A DNA stretch of 64,000 bases from Eledone cirrhosa (lineage: Eukaryota), in the NCBI GenBank assembly GCA_964016885.1, contig OZ024740.1:107756001-107820000 (forward strand), given 5' to 3'. Shown here in pieces: positions 50,706 through 64,000 of this stretch. Under the pieces are notes generated by a model. It saw only the letters and a list, made by a program, of their open reading frames with translations, had not been told where the DNA came from and ran no database searches. Each line of letters starts with the position of its first letter. The stretch's first letter is position 1. Made by a program: the position numbers and the translations under genes.

Positions 50706-51858
50706 TGGCCATGCTCAGTGTGTAGGAAAGGCGTAGGTAGAAACTCCATTTTATGTCCCAAATGCAAAGTATGGGTGCATAAAAGATGTAGTGGGATCAC
50801 AGGTAAGCTAACTAAGAACATAGATTTTACATGTGGCCGGTGCTCTGGTGCAATAAGTAGCAGCAAGAGCCCACAAAATACTAGCTCTTTCAATTGCGCA
50901 GAGGGTTCTATAGAAATAGTGGACAGCTTCCGTTACCTGGGCGACAAAATCAGCAGTGGGGGAGGGTGCTCTGAAAGTACAGTAGCTAGAGTCAGAACTG
51001 GTTGGAAAAAGTTCAGAGAGCTTATACCACTATTAGCCGCTAAAGGGTTCTCCCTAAGAATGAAAGGCAGGTTGTATGATGCCTGCATACGAACAGCAAT
51101 GTTGCATGGCAGTGAGACCTGGGCATTGTGTGCAGAGGATATACGCAGACTAGAGAGGAACGAAGCTTTCATGCTCCGCTGGATGTGTAATAGTAACATA
51201 CGTGAACGGCAAAGCATAAGCGAACTAAGGAAAAAATTAGAAATAAGAGGGATCAGATGTTGTTTACTCGAGAGAAGGCTACGTTGGTATGGTCATGTGA
51301 TGCGCATGAAAGACGACAGCTGTAAAACAAAGTGCAGGGCAATAAAGATAGACGGTAGCTACGGAGTAGGCAGACCCAGAAAAACCTGGGACGAGCTGAT
51401 AAATTCTGACCTCACACACTTACACCTCTCCAAGACAATGTCACTGGACCGAGACCTTTGGCGGTACTCAGTAATAGAGAAGACCCGCCTTACCTAAATA
51501 CAAAGTAAAACCTACTACAGCCAGTAGGCATCTCTAACAAAATACACCCCCCCCCATCCACACCGCCCCTTCAATGTAAAGTTATGTTGATCCAGGCCGA
51601 AACAAATGAGATCGTGTAGGTGTCACGACAAAAAACACACAGTCCACTCTGTAATGTGGCCGTGTAGGTAACACGGTAAAAACCTCCCAGTCCCACACTG
51701 TAAATGTGGTTGGTGTTAGGAAGAGCATCCAGCTGTAGAAAACCCGCCAGACAGTCCTATGCGAGCAAGACAACCACTCTTGCCTCAAGTGGGAAAACTC
51801 CCGTCCAAACCCATGCAAGCGTGGAACATGGACGTTAAACAATGATGATGATGATGAT
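50706..51858 (+). mobile_element. RTE family B variant, 5'-truncated
   Basis: ORF to 51497, 3' UTR, (GAT)n tail. Confidence 0.95.
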
Positions 51859-51962
51859 ATACATATGCATATATATACATACATATACATATACACATAT
51901 ATATACATACATATACATATATACATATATATACATACATATACACATATATATATACATAC

Positions 51963-52000
<38 letters not shown>

Positions 52001-52001
52001 G

Positions 52002-52616
52002 ATGGCTGCCCCCTCGTTATTGAGTATGGCCATTGCACGATATAACATTATTAATAATTATTAATTAATTCTATCGTACAATGCTTGTGCATGAAGATAT
52101 TTTTTTAAAGTGAGGAAAGACTGTGCACTGATCCAATCCCACTCTCTGAGCGACAGTAGCTATAACCCGAAAAGAAGAAAAGATCAACATCATCGTTAAC
52201 TACTGAGCCGCAGGTTTTATATTGGAGTTATCCCAGTTTCCTGAGATGCCTTCTCCTAGAAGAATGCCCTGATAAAGTCTAGGGGTCCTTCACTCCCAGT
52301 GGTTTAACCGCGCGATCGGGTGTCCAGCCCGACTATTTTTATTTCCCCGCGTATATACACACACATGCACCCATGTATATACACATATACATATGTACAA
52401 GTGTATATACATATTTACACACTTTTGGATGGCCGTTGACTCTTATGAGTTCTTCCGCCCTTTGTCAGGTTTTGTTTTTTGTCCTGCAGGGTGTCCAAAA
52501 TCACCCTCCTCACCAAGTAAACTTGGTAGGGTTGCCGGTTTAGTCGCCGACAACCCGACCATGCGACAGGTTGTACTGCGTTACATGTTACCAGTAGCAC
52601 TCAAGAGTGACCCAAC
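52002..52616 (-). mobile_element. Non-coding repeat Z, copy 2 (interrupted by a TA/CA tract)
   Basis: Diverged homologue of 49975-50581. Confidence 0.55.
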
Positions 52617-52635
52617 ATATACATACATACATACA

Positions 52636-52668
<33 letters not shown>

Positions 52669-52980
52669 TCTCAAACATGCATACATGTCTAGACTCACAG
52701 CACACATACTTAGAAAATATGTTTCATTTGTTTTGCGTGTCTTTTTGTATATTCATCTTCTCTTTCGCCACCCCCTCGCCTACCACCATCACCACCACCT
52801 CTACCACCACCCACACACACTTGCTACTGACACCCAATAACAAATGCGTCTGTGTAATGATGAAGACAGCAACAATATTAAGCATCACACCAACCCTTTA
52901 GTGATTAACAGCACCATGTAATATCTCTCAGAATAACTGCAAAAAATACATTTGGGCAGTTCTCCAATGACTGATGTGTC

Positions 52981-53014
<34 letters not shown>

Positions 53015-54983
53015 GATAGAGGGAGAAAGAGGGGGGAGCACTGTAATTATACACAACAAGTCCTTTTGGGAAAGATCTAGAAAGAACATGAAATGATATT
53101 AAAATCAGTTAGGAGACCAATATAGAAAATTCCTCAACTTTATATTCTTGAATGAAGTGTTTAACAGAAGAATTCTGCCAAACCTCCAAACATACCCAAC
53201 ATCATTAAGACTTCTATTAACATTTTATACCACAGACAAATATTCAAACATACACAATTACACCCACACTCTCATATCATCACCATCATCATCATCATCA
53301 TCATCATTACACCTGCTTTTCCATTTGATGAGTCTTCTCCAGTACAGTTTTCCTCCATTTGTGTTGTTCCATCATTTCACACCACTTCTGCCTAGCTTTT
53401 CTTTTGTTTTCCTCTTCTGCAGCTTCCTTTCACTTGAAACTACTGGCACTTCTTCACCTAATGATTATCATCCATATACATCACATGTCTGTACCAGCGT
53501 AATCTATTCTCTTGCACACTACATCTGATTCCCATCATGCTTTATTTTAGCTTTAACTCATCTGTACTTCATTAGTCATGCACACTAACATTACACATTC
53601 AACAAAGCATTCTATCATCATTTCTTTCTAACCTCCGCACATTCTCTGTGTATCATTTCTTATCATCAACAACATCATTTTACGCCTGTATTTTTTTCAT
53701 GGTGACATGGGTTGGATAAGTCTTACAGCACTTGTCATAATACTTCATCTTCTGGCACACAAAACAAAGAAAGCTGTTAATTTTTGTTGTTATGTGTATG
53801 TTGTGCCTTTTGTTTTATTTTGGAGCATGGCTTTTAAGAGTCGGACATCCTTTCTATCAATAGTCAGCTTATAGTACGCACTGGATGTATTTTATTGTGA
53901 AACCAACACAAGAAAGGTTGTCTGCATAAGACTAAAAGAGTCCCTTCTATGTTGTATCAGTTTTAATTGTGACTTACTACTCTAGTGTTTCACATATTTG
54001 AATAAGTTAATTTACTGTTTTATTTTCCCTATAACACTTTTTCCAAAGTAACTTGCTGTTTGATATATCTATCTACCTTAGACACAACTATAGCTTCTAT
54101 ATCTGTTTTTGCTTCTCAGTGTATATCAATTAAGAATCATGTGAAAAATATTTCCCCACCCTACTACCCATTTTAAGTCAACCTTTTTGATACAGAACCA
54201 CCTTTAACTGTCCCTGGTTCTACAAATACTAAACTGTTTATTTTAAAGTGTTTATATTATTTAAGAACTTTCAATCATAATTTTATGTAAGAACATTTTG
54301 TAAGTCACTTTCCAGACACCAGTTTAATAGTGAGAAAGTTAGTTATTTTACTAAATTCTTCCAAATTTTTGATTATTTTCAAAATTATAGGCAGTATTTT
54401 TCATTAGAAATATAGTAATATAAAGGTTAATAGGCCATAGGTATTGCAAATAAGAAGATTCCAACTAATCATAACAAATTTATGAATTGTATAAGATGAC
54501 CCAATTACTGCTATTTATAGCAGAGAAAATGTATGTAGCTATGTAACTAGGTGGACTGACCCACCACTACTGAGTATTAAGTAGTTTGACCAGCAATAGG
54601 AACGGTATATAAACAAGAACAGACTTAAAGTTATTTGTTAAGAACTCCTTGAACCTGTAACCTAAATGAAATGACACACAGATCTGTTTATAATTATGGG
54701 TAATGAAGCAAAAGAACTGGGAAAATACAGATTCAAACAAGCAAAACCTTATAAAAGTTCTCTGATATTTTCACAAGTGAGAGAGCAAAGAACACATTTC
54801 ATTGTTTATAGAATCGCAAACACTGAAATAGTGGTAACTATTTCTGTAGAGAGAACAAGTAGTTACAGATTGAAATGTGTGCATTCTTTAACACTTTCGT
54901 GACCATATTTCTAATAATAAAAATAACACTACCTATGATATTCAAAGAAATTTGAAAATGATCAAGACATGATCGTGTCATGG

Positions 54984-55175
54984 ATTGGTAGTATCAGTAG
55001 AGCATTGGACAACATGCTTTCTGGCATATAGTTATGAGTTCAAATACCACCATGGTTAGATTTGCCTTTCATCCTTACAGGGTTGATAAAATAAAGTACC
55101 AGTAATGCACTGGGTCGATTTAATCGACTTTCTTCTCCCAATTGCTTGCCTTATTCCTAAATCAAAATCCATTAT
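54984..55175 (+). mobile_element. SINE family 2 inserted in an older TTAA-flanked MITE-like repeat
   Basis: Matches the 49449 copy. The host repeat (CCATATTTCTAAT motif) recurs at ~54150-54430 (-), ~56055 and ~58750. Confidence 0.65.
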
Positions 55176-56713
55176 TAAGCTGGTATTTGGAACATAACAA
55201 AGAATTATGATGAAAGACCTTTAGATGAATATAACCAGTTAAACAGCTTTGTATCATAAAACCAGAGGCAGTTTCAGAAGGTTTAATTAAAAGGAATATT
55301 CTGATAACTAATACAACATAAAGATTAGTATTTTTTTATACAACAATATTACATAAATTGATTTCTAAAATCAAGAGAGGAGTTTGGGGATAAAAATAAC
55401 AAATGAATAAATGAAAAGCAATCTGAGTCAGATAAAAACATTGCAAATTAAATACTGTTTGTTTTAAGTGTCATATGAATACAGAGAAGAAAGCTCTGGT
55501 TGGTCAAGTGGCTAGTCAGCATGCTGGCCTAATAACTGAAGGGTCAAGATTTCACATCCCTTCGCTATTGCTGTTAGTTAAATCTACGGCTATCACTTAT
55601 AATTGAGTATGACATGGTAGTATGTAACATGCTTTCACTAAAGGTTTCATGTACCCATGTAGCTGCAAGCAGACACAGACACCCTTTCAACCCTCCCTCC
55701 CTCCCTTGGTACAGCAGAACATCCTAGATGTGATAGCTGGAAGAGCATGTTGCACCAGCACTGGGTTAACATTTTCTTTAATGACCTCAAAAGGATGAAA
55801 GGTAAAGTGGATCTCAACATGCTATGAGTGCAGAGAGCTAATATCCAAAGCGCTAATAACTCTGCCAAATAGACCACCTTAATAGTAACTTATCCCTGGA
55901 AAAAAGATGATATTCACCAGCTCAGTCCACTCCAAAAAAATGTAAGCCACAACTGCAAGAAGTGTCAAACTTGTATGAGTACTTTATTTGATTTTTCAAT
56001 GTCTATGAGTGACATTTTTAACTGGTTTCTTTCTTTTTAAGTTATTTCTTTATTTAACCATTCCAATACCATATTTCTAATGAAAAACACTGCATATGAT
56101 TTTCAAATAATTTTGAAAATAAATAAGAATTTGGAGGGATTTAGTAATATAACTACCTTATTAGCTGATCTTTGTAGCATAGTTAAAGAAAAGTTCTTAC
56201 ATAAAATAGGTAACATAACCCATGCTAGCATAGAAAATGGATGTTAAATGATGATGATGTGAAGGTGTGTGGCTTAGTGATTAGGGAATTGGATTTACAA
56301 TCATGAGGTTATGAGTTCAATCACAGACCAGGCAATGCATTATGTCCTTTATTTCACATTGCTTCTTCTGTCGGGAGTTTTTACCGATAGACAGTATCAG
56401 TAATCGAAAGATCAATGGAAATATTGTTTCCTTGGTCTGATTTGACAGTAAACAAATGATATCGGAACTTGTTGATTATTTCAAAATAAAAATATGAAAC
56501 AAAAGATGGTTTCAGATAGTCTAATATCAAAAGGGTTAAACTATGTCACTACCACCCGCTTTTTGTTTCATTAGATTTTCTTGTTTCTGGGGATATTTCT
56601 TTGAATGCTACCAACATTCCCCACTGGCATTATTTCGTGGTTAAAAAGTTTGCTAGGAAAGATATGGCTAAAGATAATGGAGGAGGAAATTCTTTTCCTC
56701 CTCCATTATCTTT

Positions 56714-56895
56714 CGGTGGATTGGCAGTATCAGTAGAGGGTCGGACGCCATGCTTTCCAGCATAGTTACGTCCCTTTACGATCTGAGTTCAAATCCTGCC
56801 GAGGTTGACTTTGCCTTTCGTCCTTACGGGGTCGATAAAATAAAGTACCAGTAATGCACTGGGTAATTGCTGGCCTTGTGCCTAAAGTAGAGACA
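56714..56895 (+). mobile_element. SINE family 2 with a 9-bp TSD (ATTATCTTT)
   Basis: TSD copies at 56705-56713 and 56896-56904. Confidence 0.85.
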
Positions 56896-57890
56896 ATTAT
56901 CTTTAGCCATATCTTTGGCCATATCTAGGAATTTAAGAAAGAGTGCACAGATGGTAGGACAAACTTGTCATGGGACCTGCAAAGCTAAGCCTGCTTTAGC
57001 GGGGAAAATGGTCATAAAACACACACACATATAGGCATGTGGTCTTATGGTTAAGATGTCAGACCCACAATCATAAGGTTGTAGGTTTGATTCCTAGACT
57101 GAGGCCCCTTATCATTAAAATACCAAAGGAACCTCCTGAGATGTAATCTCATAGGAAGCCAGCTAAACCTGCATGGGTATCAGTTGTAAATTCCATTTTT
57201 TCATTTCATATATCTACATATATGTGTGAGAGAGGGGTGAGGAGAAATTTAAAAAAAATGAAATTTACAGATCATTTTCTCATATTAAAATATTTATAAA
57301 TGTAACCAACAATTATCAGAGAATTCCTTCTTATTTTAACCATAGGAAAGAAAGAGCTGAACCTTAGATCAAACCAAGAAATAATATTTCCAGTGGTCTT
57401 TCCATTGCCGATACCATTTGTCATTTATTAGATCAAACCAAGGAAACAATGTTGCTGATACTATCTGACAGAATAAAAGGGCAGAATTTGAATTCAAAAC
57501 GTACAGAGCCAGAACACATTCCACCAATCCACCATCCCTGCACTAGTACTTTATTTATCAGCCATAAAATGTTGAATGGCAAAAGTTGAATGACCTCAAC
57601 AGGATTTTAATTCAGGGCACAGAAAGCCAGAAAAAAATGTTGCAAAGCAACGAGTCTGATCTTCTCATGATTCTGCTAATTCTCCATCTACTAATTTCCA
57701 TTAACATCCTGTACCACATGAGACCACATTAGCAAGACATTCTTGAAAAATACAAAACAGCACTAAGACAGTATTACATTAAAAATTGAAATCTTTACTC
57801 TAATTCTTCAAATTTTCACAAAGATCTGTCCATTATAAATATTTGAATTAACAAACCTGTTTGTAAGTATTCTAGATACTTGCTAAATCA

Positions 57891-58097
57891 TTACAGGGTG
57901 TTAAGAATTAAACAATTAGATAATCGCCCCCTTCTCAGGCATTGTAGGTCAGTGGTTATGGCTTTTGGTCCTTCATTCAAGGTTTCAAGTATGTATGGAC
58001 CTGTAAATCCTGATAGAGTTGTAAGGGTGCTGTCGTGACATACAGCATGTCTAGGACATTTTTTAAAAACCTGTCCGAACTCTTCGCTTCTCCATAT
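57891..58097 (-). other. Possible host terminal coding exon
   Basis: Pyrimidine-rich tract and TTCAG acceptor, then a non-repetitive open frame IWRSEEFGQVFKKCPRHAVCHD...NTL*. No recognised homology. Confidence 0.25.
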
Positions 58098-59455
58098 CTG
58101 AATGTAGGTGATTTCTTGCAGAGAACGAGTGAGAAAGAGTAAGAGAAAGGAAGTGAGAAAGAGATATAGAGGAAGAATCAATCCTAATACTAGACTGGTA
58201 CTTTTTTTTATCAACCTCCAAAAGATGAAAGGCAAAGTTGACCTCAACAGGTTTGTAACTCAGAGAGCTGGAATGAATACCACAAAGCATTCTATCACAC
58301 ACTCCAATGACTCTGTCAATTCGCTGCCTATCAAGGTTTCATATAGTCTTTAATTTTCTGATTAGGTGAGAAAACCACAAATTTAACAGAAGAGAAATCT
58401 AAAGAAAATATATGATGTGTATTACTTTCCCCAAGAACATTTTCAGTATAAATGAAGTGAATTGTCTTTAACAAATAACCAAAACTGAGCCAGAGACTCA
58501 TCTGATCTAGAAACAGTAAGAAATTCTAGGAAGAGTTCAACTGCAGGTCTTCAGAGAAAAACACACTCCAATTCATGCAAGAGATCTGGACCATAACTCT
58601 TTAAATTTTAAGGGGCCAAGCTGCATCAATGTCATAACACCTGGGAGCTCTTTTCAACCATTGACTATCATTTCATGTTTCTACAATATTACTGTATTTT
58701 GGGGGATTAATATAAAAGGGTTGAGCTCAGCATAAATAGAAAGGCTTTAATACATTTTTGCCATATTTCTAATGAAAGCATAACAAAATTTCTTAGATAA
58801 AACTATGATAGAAGCTTTAAAGCTTTCATATGAAGACTTTAAAACAAACATGTTTGTATCATAAAATCAGGGCAATTTCAGGTAGTTTGATATTATAATG
58901 GTTGATATAGCCATGTTGGGTTTAATATAGCTAGGATGGGTGTAGTGTAGCTAGTTTGGCTTATGCATTATCACAACTTCAATTGGGGAATAAAATAGTT
59001 ATATCTCTGTGTTTTAAACTTTGTAATAAAACTAAATCACATTGTGGTAGAGCCATTTAAAACATATGTACTATTACAAAATTAGGCAATGGTAAATAAA
59101 AGTTTATCTGTACATTTTAAATAGAACTTAAATTACTTTACCATGATTCATCCTATTTATCTCTAAATGTAATTTAAATAAACATAGTAAATACTAATTA
59201 CCTTGAATGTAATTTATATAAACATAATAAATATAAGTTTCAAATCTTACTTAGATTTAAGTTTTTTCTTTAGAGACATATATAAATAAATTTATGCCAA
59301 GTCATTACAATGACACCCACACATGTACACACACAAACATACATACATACACATTTATCTTAACCAAATGCATGAACACAAGCACACATATATTCACAAT
59401 CACATACAGAAAATCCTCCCCCATACCCACATATTAAATACGTATACAGACACAC

Positions 59456-59486
<31 letters not shown>

Positions 59487-59733
59487 TACACATGCGTGCA
59501 CACAGACTCCTTCCTGTGCATGCCCCAAAAATCTCCCACTACTAAAGAGTAAAAGGAAAAAAAACAGAGACAGCCAACAGTATATATATATATATATAAA
59601 CTTACATATATGCATGCATATATATACATACATATATATATATTTACATATATATATATAAACTTGCATATGCGTATGTGTATATATATATATACACGCA
59701 TACATACATATATACTTACATATATGTACATTT

Positions 59734-59809
<76 letters not shown>

Positions 59810-59879
59810 CTTTATTCTTGAATTTGTTTTGCAAGATTTCTTATCTGACCTTCCCAAAGTATAACAATATATATATATG

Positions 59880-60655
59880 TAAGGCAGACTGTATGATGTG
59901 TGCATACGAACGGCAATGTTGCATGGTAATGAGACCTGGGTTGCTGTGTGCAGAAGACTTGCGTACATTGGAAAGAAATAAAGCTTGCATGCTCCGTTGG
60001 ATGTGTAATAGTAATTTATGTGAACAGCAAAGCATAAACAAACTGAGAGAAAAACTAGGCATAAGAGGAATCGGATGCAATGCGCAGTAGAGGAGATTGC
60101 ATTGGTATGGACATGTGATGCGTATGAAGGATGACAGCTGTATAAAAAGATGCAGAGCACTCAAAATTGATGGAAGCCTTGGTCGGAAGACCCAGGAAGA
60201 TTTGGGATGAGGTAATAAAAGCTGACCTTGCTCAATTGCACCTCTCAAAAACAATGACACAGACTGAGATCTAGCATTATGCAGTAATACAGAAGACCTG
60301 CCTTCCCATGGGCACAGGCAGAAGCTGAAGCATATATATAGTGTGCACCACCTCCACCCCACCCTCCCATGAGGACAGACTGTAGCATACATCTAGAGAA
60401 GCCTCCAGCTCATACTGTAAAGTGGTCGTGATGGCGAAAGAACAAAAAATTCCTAGCCCACACTGTAAAGTGGTCGTGTAGGTGTCATGACAAAAAGCAC
60501 CTAGCCCACACTGTAAATGTGATTGGCATTACGAAGGGCATCCAGCCATAGAAACCAAGCCAGGAACAATTCTGAGTGAGCAAGACTCGGACACCTGACC
60601 CAACTTGCTTCTAACCCATGTTAGTGCGGAAAAATGGACGTTAAACGGTGATGAT
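59880..60655 (+). mobile_element. Older RTE 3' fragment with stops
   Basis: [16 protein letters not shown]...WYGHVMRMK; 3' UTR with three subrepeats; ends GGACGTTAAACGGTGATG. Confidence 0.88.
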
Positions 60656-60963
60656 ACTTATATGCTGGACTGGATATAATGGTGGCAAATGGGACAATTT
60701 CCCCTGGCCCCCTGCAGTGGTGCTGAGGGGGGGGGGGCACTGTCAGCCATAGCAATTTATTTGTGTCCTCAGCTGGGCTTTTTAGTTTTAATATCGTTAG
60801 AATTTTTTAATTTAATACCTGTATGTATAACATTTCAATTCCAAGCTGACTTTGATATGTAAAATTGGGGGTTTGCTGTGTATACATATATACTTACATA
60901 TATAATTTTTGTGTATGCTTCAACCAATGCAGAGGGGAAGGTGGGTATGTATGTATGTATGTA

Positions 60964-61100
<137 letters not shown>

Positions 61101-61101
61101 A

Positions 61102-61350
61102 GGCATATGGCTTAGTGGTTAGAGCATTGGGCTTGCAATCGAAAGGTTGTGAGTTCAATTCTCAGACCGGGTGATGTGTTGTTTCCTTGAGCAAGACACT
61201 TCATTTCACATTGCTCCAGTTTACTCAGCTGTAGAAATGAGATGATAGGACTGGGGTCCCTATCATTCCACTGCAAAGTGGTCGTGGAGGTGCCACAGCA
61301 AAAAAAGCACCCAGCCCACACTGTAAAGTGGATGTGTAGGCGCCACGGAA
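61102..61350 (+). mobile_element. SINE family 1, 3'-truncated
   Basis: Same head and body as the 11075 and 26781 copies. Confidence 0.88.
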
Positions 61351-61354
61351 AAAA

Positions 61355-61545
61355 ATAATGTAATTTTGATTTGATATATTACAAAAAATAATGTTTTCCA
61401 ATTTTTCATGCATTACATTTTACATTGAGTAATATTGAAATGCAGAGTTTTTCTCCATAAATTATTTCACTGATTTTTTTACAAAATATCATTTTCTTAC
61501 AAAAAGAATGTGTGAAACGCAGCAAGGCGCGGGTAATTCGGTTAG
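61355..61545 (+). mobile_element. Degenerate Helitron 3' end
   Basis: ACGCAGCAAGGCGCGGGTAATTCGGTTAG|T resembles 7217-7246, but has TTAG for CTAG and an imperfect hairpin. Confidence 0.4.
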
Positions 61546-62244
61546 TATATATATAAGATTAATATAGAAACAGTTCTGATCCTGTAGAAGCCATTTCTAT
61601 ATTAATCTTGTATATACTCTACTAAGTATTGGGTAACTTACTTACTATGGTTACCGCCGATTGAACCCAGAACTCATATATATATATATATATAATGGGC
61701 TTCCTAACAGTTTCTGTTTATTAAATTCCAATCTCAAGGTAGTGGTAAATCAACCCAAGGCTGCAGTAAAAGCGAACTCCTTAACTACTCAGTTATACCT
61801 GTGCCTAATAATATTTTATACAACAGTGCTACTACATGCTTCAGCTATCATAAATACTATATTAATATAAGAGAAACAAAATAACTCCAGTAGTAATGCT
61901 TCATCCTGTGTAGAGAAAAGATTGTAGGTAGGAGAGTTAATCTTCTGTCTGTAGAGGATGATAACTAACCTCTTCACTAAACAAGTAGCTTTTATTAAAG
62001 GTCAGAGCAACAATCATAGCCAGTATACACCCAATGTAAAAACATTGAGGAGATAGGAAAAGATTATCACAAAGTTAATAGGCTACAGATTTTAAATATC
62101 ACCATTTTGGCAAATTTAATCAGTTATTGTGAAAATGACAGTAATTCTATGGAGGTTTCCTTGCATACATATATATATAAGAGGGTGTATGTGAGAGAGA
62201 AAGAGAAAGAGAGAGAGAGAGAGAGAGAGGGGGGAGAGAGAGAG

Positions 62245-62287
<43 letters not shown>

Positions 62288-62556
62288 TTATAGTTATCTT
62301 TTTAAAAACATCTTTCAGAAAACTTAAGGATATAAACACTGGTTTTAGTAGATAACTTCCGTGATGTTATGGGTGTCAATTCTGTGTAATAGTCATGTGA
62401 CATTAACCAGACAGACACAATCCAATGAGCTCAAGGTATGAGACTCTGTGTGAATGTCAGTGTTTTCGACAAATACTTCATGAGCTCTCATCATCTTCAT
62501 CATACTTACCCAAATAGGAGAAGACACCAAGATAAAATATTAATACATATATATAA

Positions 62557-62988
62557 GGCGCATGGCTTAGTGGTTAGAGTATTGGGCTTGCAATGGTTGA
62601 GAGTTCAATTCTCGGACCGGGTGATGTGTTGTTTCCTTGAGCAAGACACTTCATTTCACATTGCTCCAGTTTATTCAGCTGTAGAAATGAGATGATAGGA
62701 CTGGAGTCCCTATCATTCCACTGCAAAGTGGTCATGGAGGTGCCACGACATAAAAGCACCCAGCCCACACAGTAAAGTGGACGTGTAGGCACCATGGAAA
62801 AAAAGCACCCAGCACTCACTGTAAATGAGGTTGGTGTTAGGAAGGGCATCCAGCTGTAGAAATCAAGCTAGAATCAGTTCCCGTATGAGCAAGACAAGGT
62901 CAGCCGACCGGACACTGCTCACAACAGGACAACCCATCTAACCCATGCCAGCGTGGAAGAACGGACGTAAAACGGTGATGATGATGAT
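62557..62988 (+). mobile_element. SINE family 1, long form with the full RTE-A 3' UTR tail
   Basis: From TTCCACTGCAA onward it is colinear with 4011-4285. Confidence 0.92.
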
Positions 62989-63127
62989 ATACATTTATGT
63001 TTAGTGGTTCACCATTGGATAGAACTGGTCATTCCATTTAGATAACCATGATGTAATAGTAGGAAAAGTACTCTACATTATACAACTCATCCATCATTGA
63101 TGTTGAATCCCATGACTGGTACAGGAA

Positions 63128-63487
63128 CAGAGTTAAATATTTATTTGATTAAAACAACAGGAGGCCGGGATATTCTTTTTAAGATTTATTGCTGCAAAAT
63201 ACACTCTTTATATTTCAATGGCCTGGTTACATTCAGAGATGGTCTACTACACCAATTTTTCAGGCCATCTCCAAATCAAATATTTTCTCTATTCTTTGTT
63301 TGAGTTCGCCATAATTCCTTTTATTGATTAACTAAATTATGCAATCCGTACCTGATGATGTCACCAAGTTTACATAAGTAACCAGGCCATTGAAATATAT
63401 ATAGTGATTTTTGCATCAATAAAACTTTGTAAGGATATCCTCAGTCCAGCCTGCTGCTGTTTTAATCAAATATATGTGTTAACTCTG
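63128..63487. mobile_element. MITE with ~105-bp imperfect TIRs (Tc1/mariner-like ends)
   Basis: CAGAGTTAA...ATTTCAATGGCCTGGTTAC versus GTAACCAGGCCATTGAAAT...TTAACTCTG|TA. Confidence 0.75.
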
Positions 63488-63664
63488 TATTTACTCTGGA
63501 CGATAATGTATTAACTTTTCACTCCATTGAGTGCTTTTTGATTGTTTCAAACAAATCAAATAGTTCATGCTGTACAGCATCTACAACTTCAGTATATATA
63601 AGCAAAATACAGTTCTGTTTGAGAAAGGTATGGCATGGCAAACTGGCCAGACTTGCCTCATAAC

Positions 63665-63833
63665 GTGGACAACCTATCTAACCCATGCAAGCATGGAAAA
63701 ACAAACCTTAATTGATGATGATGAGACATCATCATCATCATCACCATTTTACATCCATTCTTCCACGATAGCATGGGTTAGATGGGTTGTCTTATTGTGG
63801 GCAATACCAGGTCGGATGACCTTGTCTTGCCCA
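63665..63833. mobile_element. Two tail-to-tail RTE/SINE 3' ends
   Basis: AACCCATGCAAGCATGG...(GAT)n abutting (CAT)n...GCATGGGTTAG. Confidence 0.7.
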
Positions 63834-64000
63834 TATATATATATCATCATACACACACATATACATTTGCCAATATTAAAAACAAACTTACTCTGACAAT
63901 TTGCCCATCCATTGAGCTGTTTTTCTTGTGGATTGTGCAAATGTTCAGAAACTGAAAGTAAAAAAAGACATTTGTTATGATATTTCTTATGACAGATTTT

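Noticed and set aside
63345-63380. CTGATGA as a hammerhead core
   Set aside because: No correctly placed stem II and GAAA; it lies inside a MITE.

Overview
AT-rich eukaryotic (metazoan) genomic DNA; the repeat families resemble those of coleoid cephalopods (octopus), which is an inference. No intact host gene is evident. Roughly 1.2-46.7 kb is one nested pile-up of young mobile elements, nearly all bounded by (TA)n tracts. It contains two RTE-clade LINE families whose RT carries an inserted PHD-type zinc finger, two CR1-superfamily LINE families, two GIY-YIG Penelope-like elements (Naiad-like) plus several pLTR fragments with minimal hammerhead ribozyme motifs and snap-back palindromes, tRNA-derived SINEs with an RTE tail, and a non-autonomous Helitron that retains a predicted spliced mini-gene. 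The rest (46.7-64 kb) is older, more degenerate DNA with SINEs, MITEs, RTE remnants and one possible host exon. The many poly-(YI) ORFs are microsatellite artefacts. Leading hypotheses: (i) a multi-family community of TA-targeting elements that grows its own landing pad through target-site-sized duplications; (ii) a Helitron-borne three-exon STPR-like micro-protein gene; (iii) non-canonical ribozyme-like motifs. All coordinates and motifs were read by eye; no alignments or searches were run.
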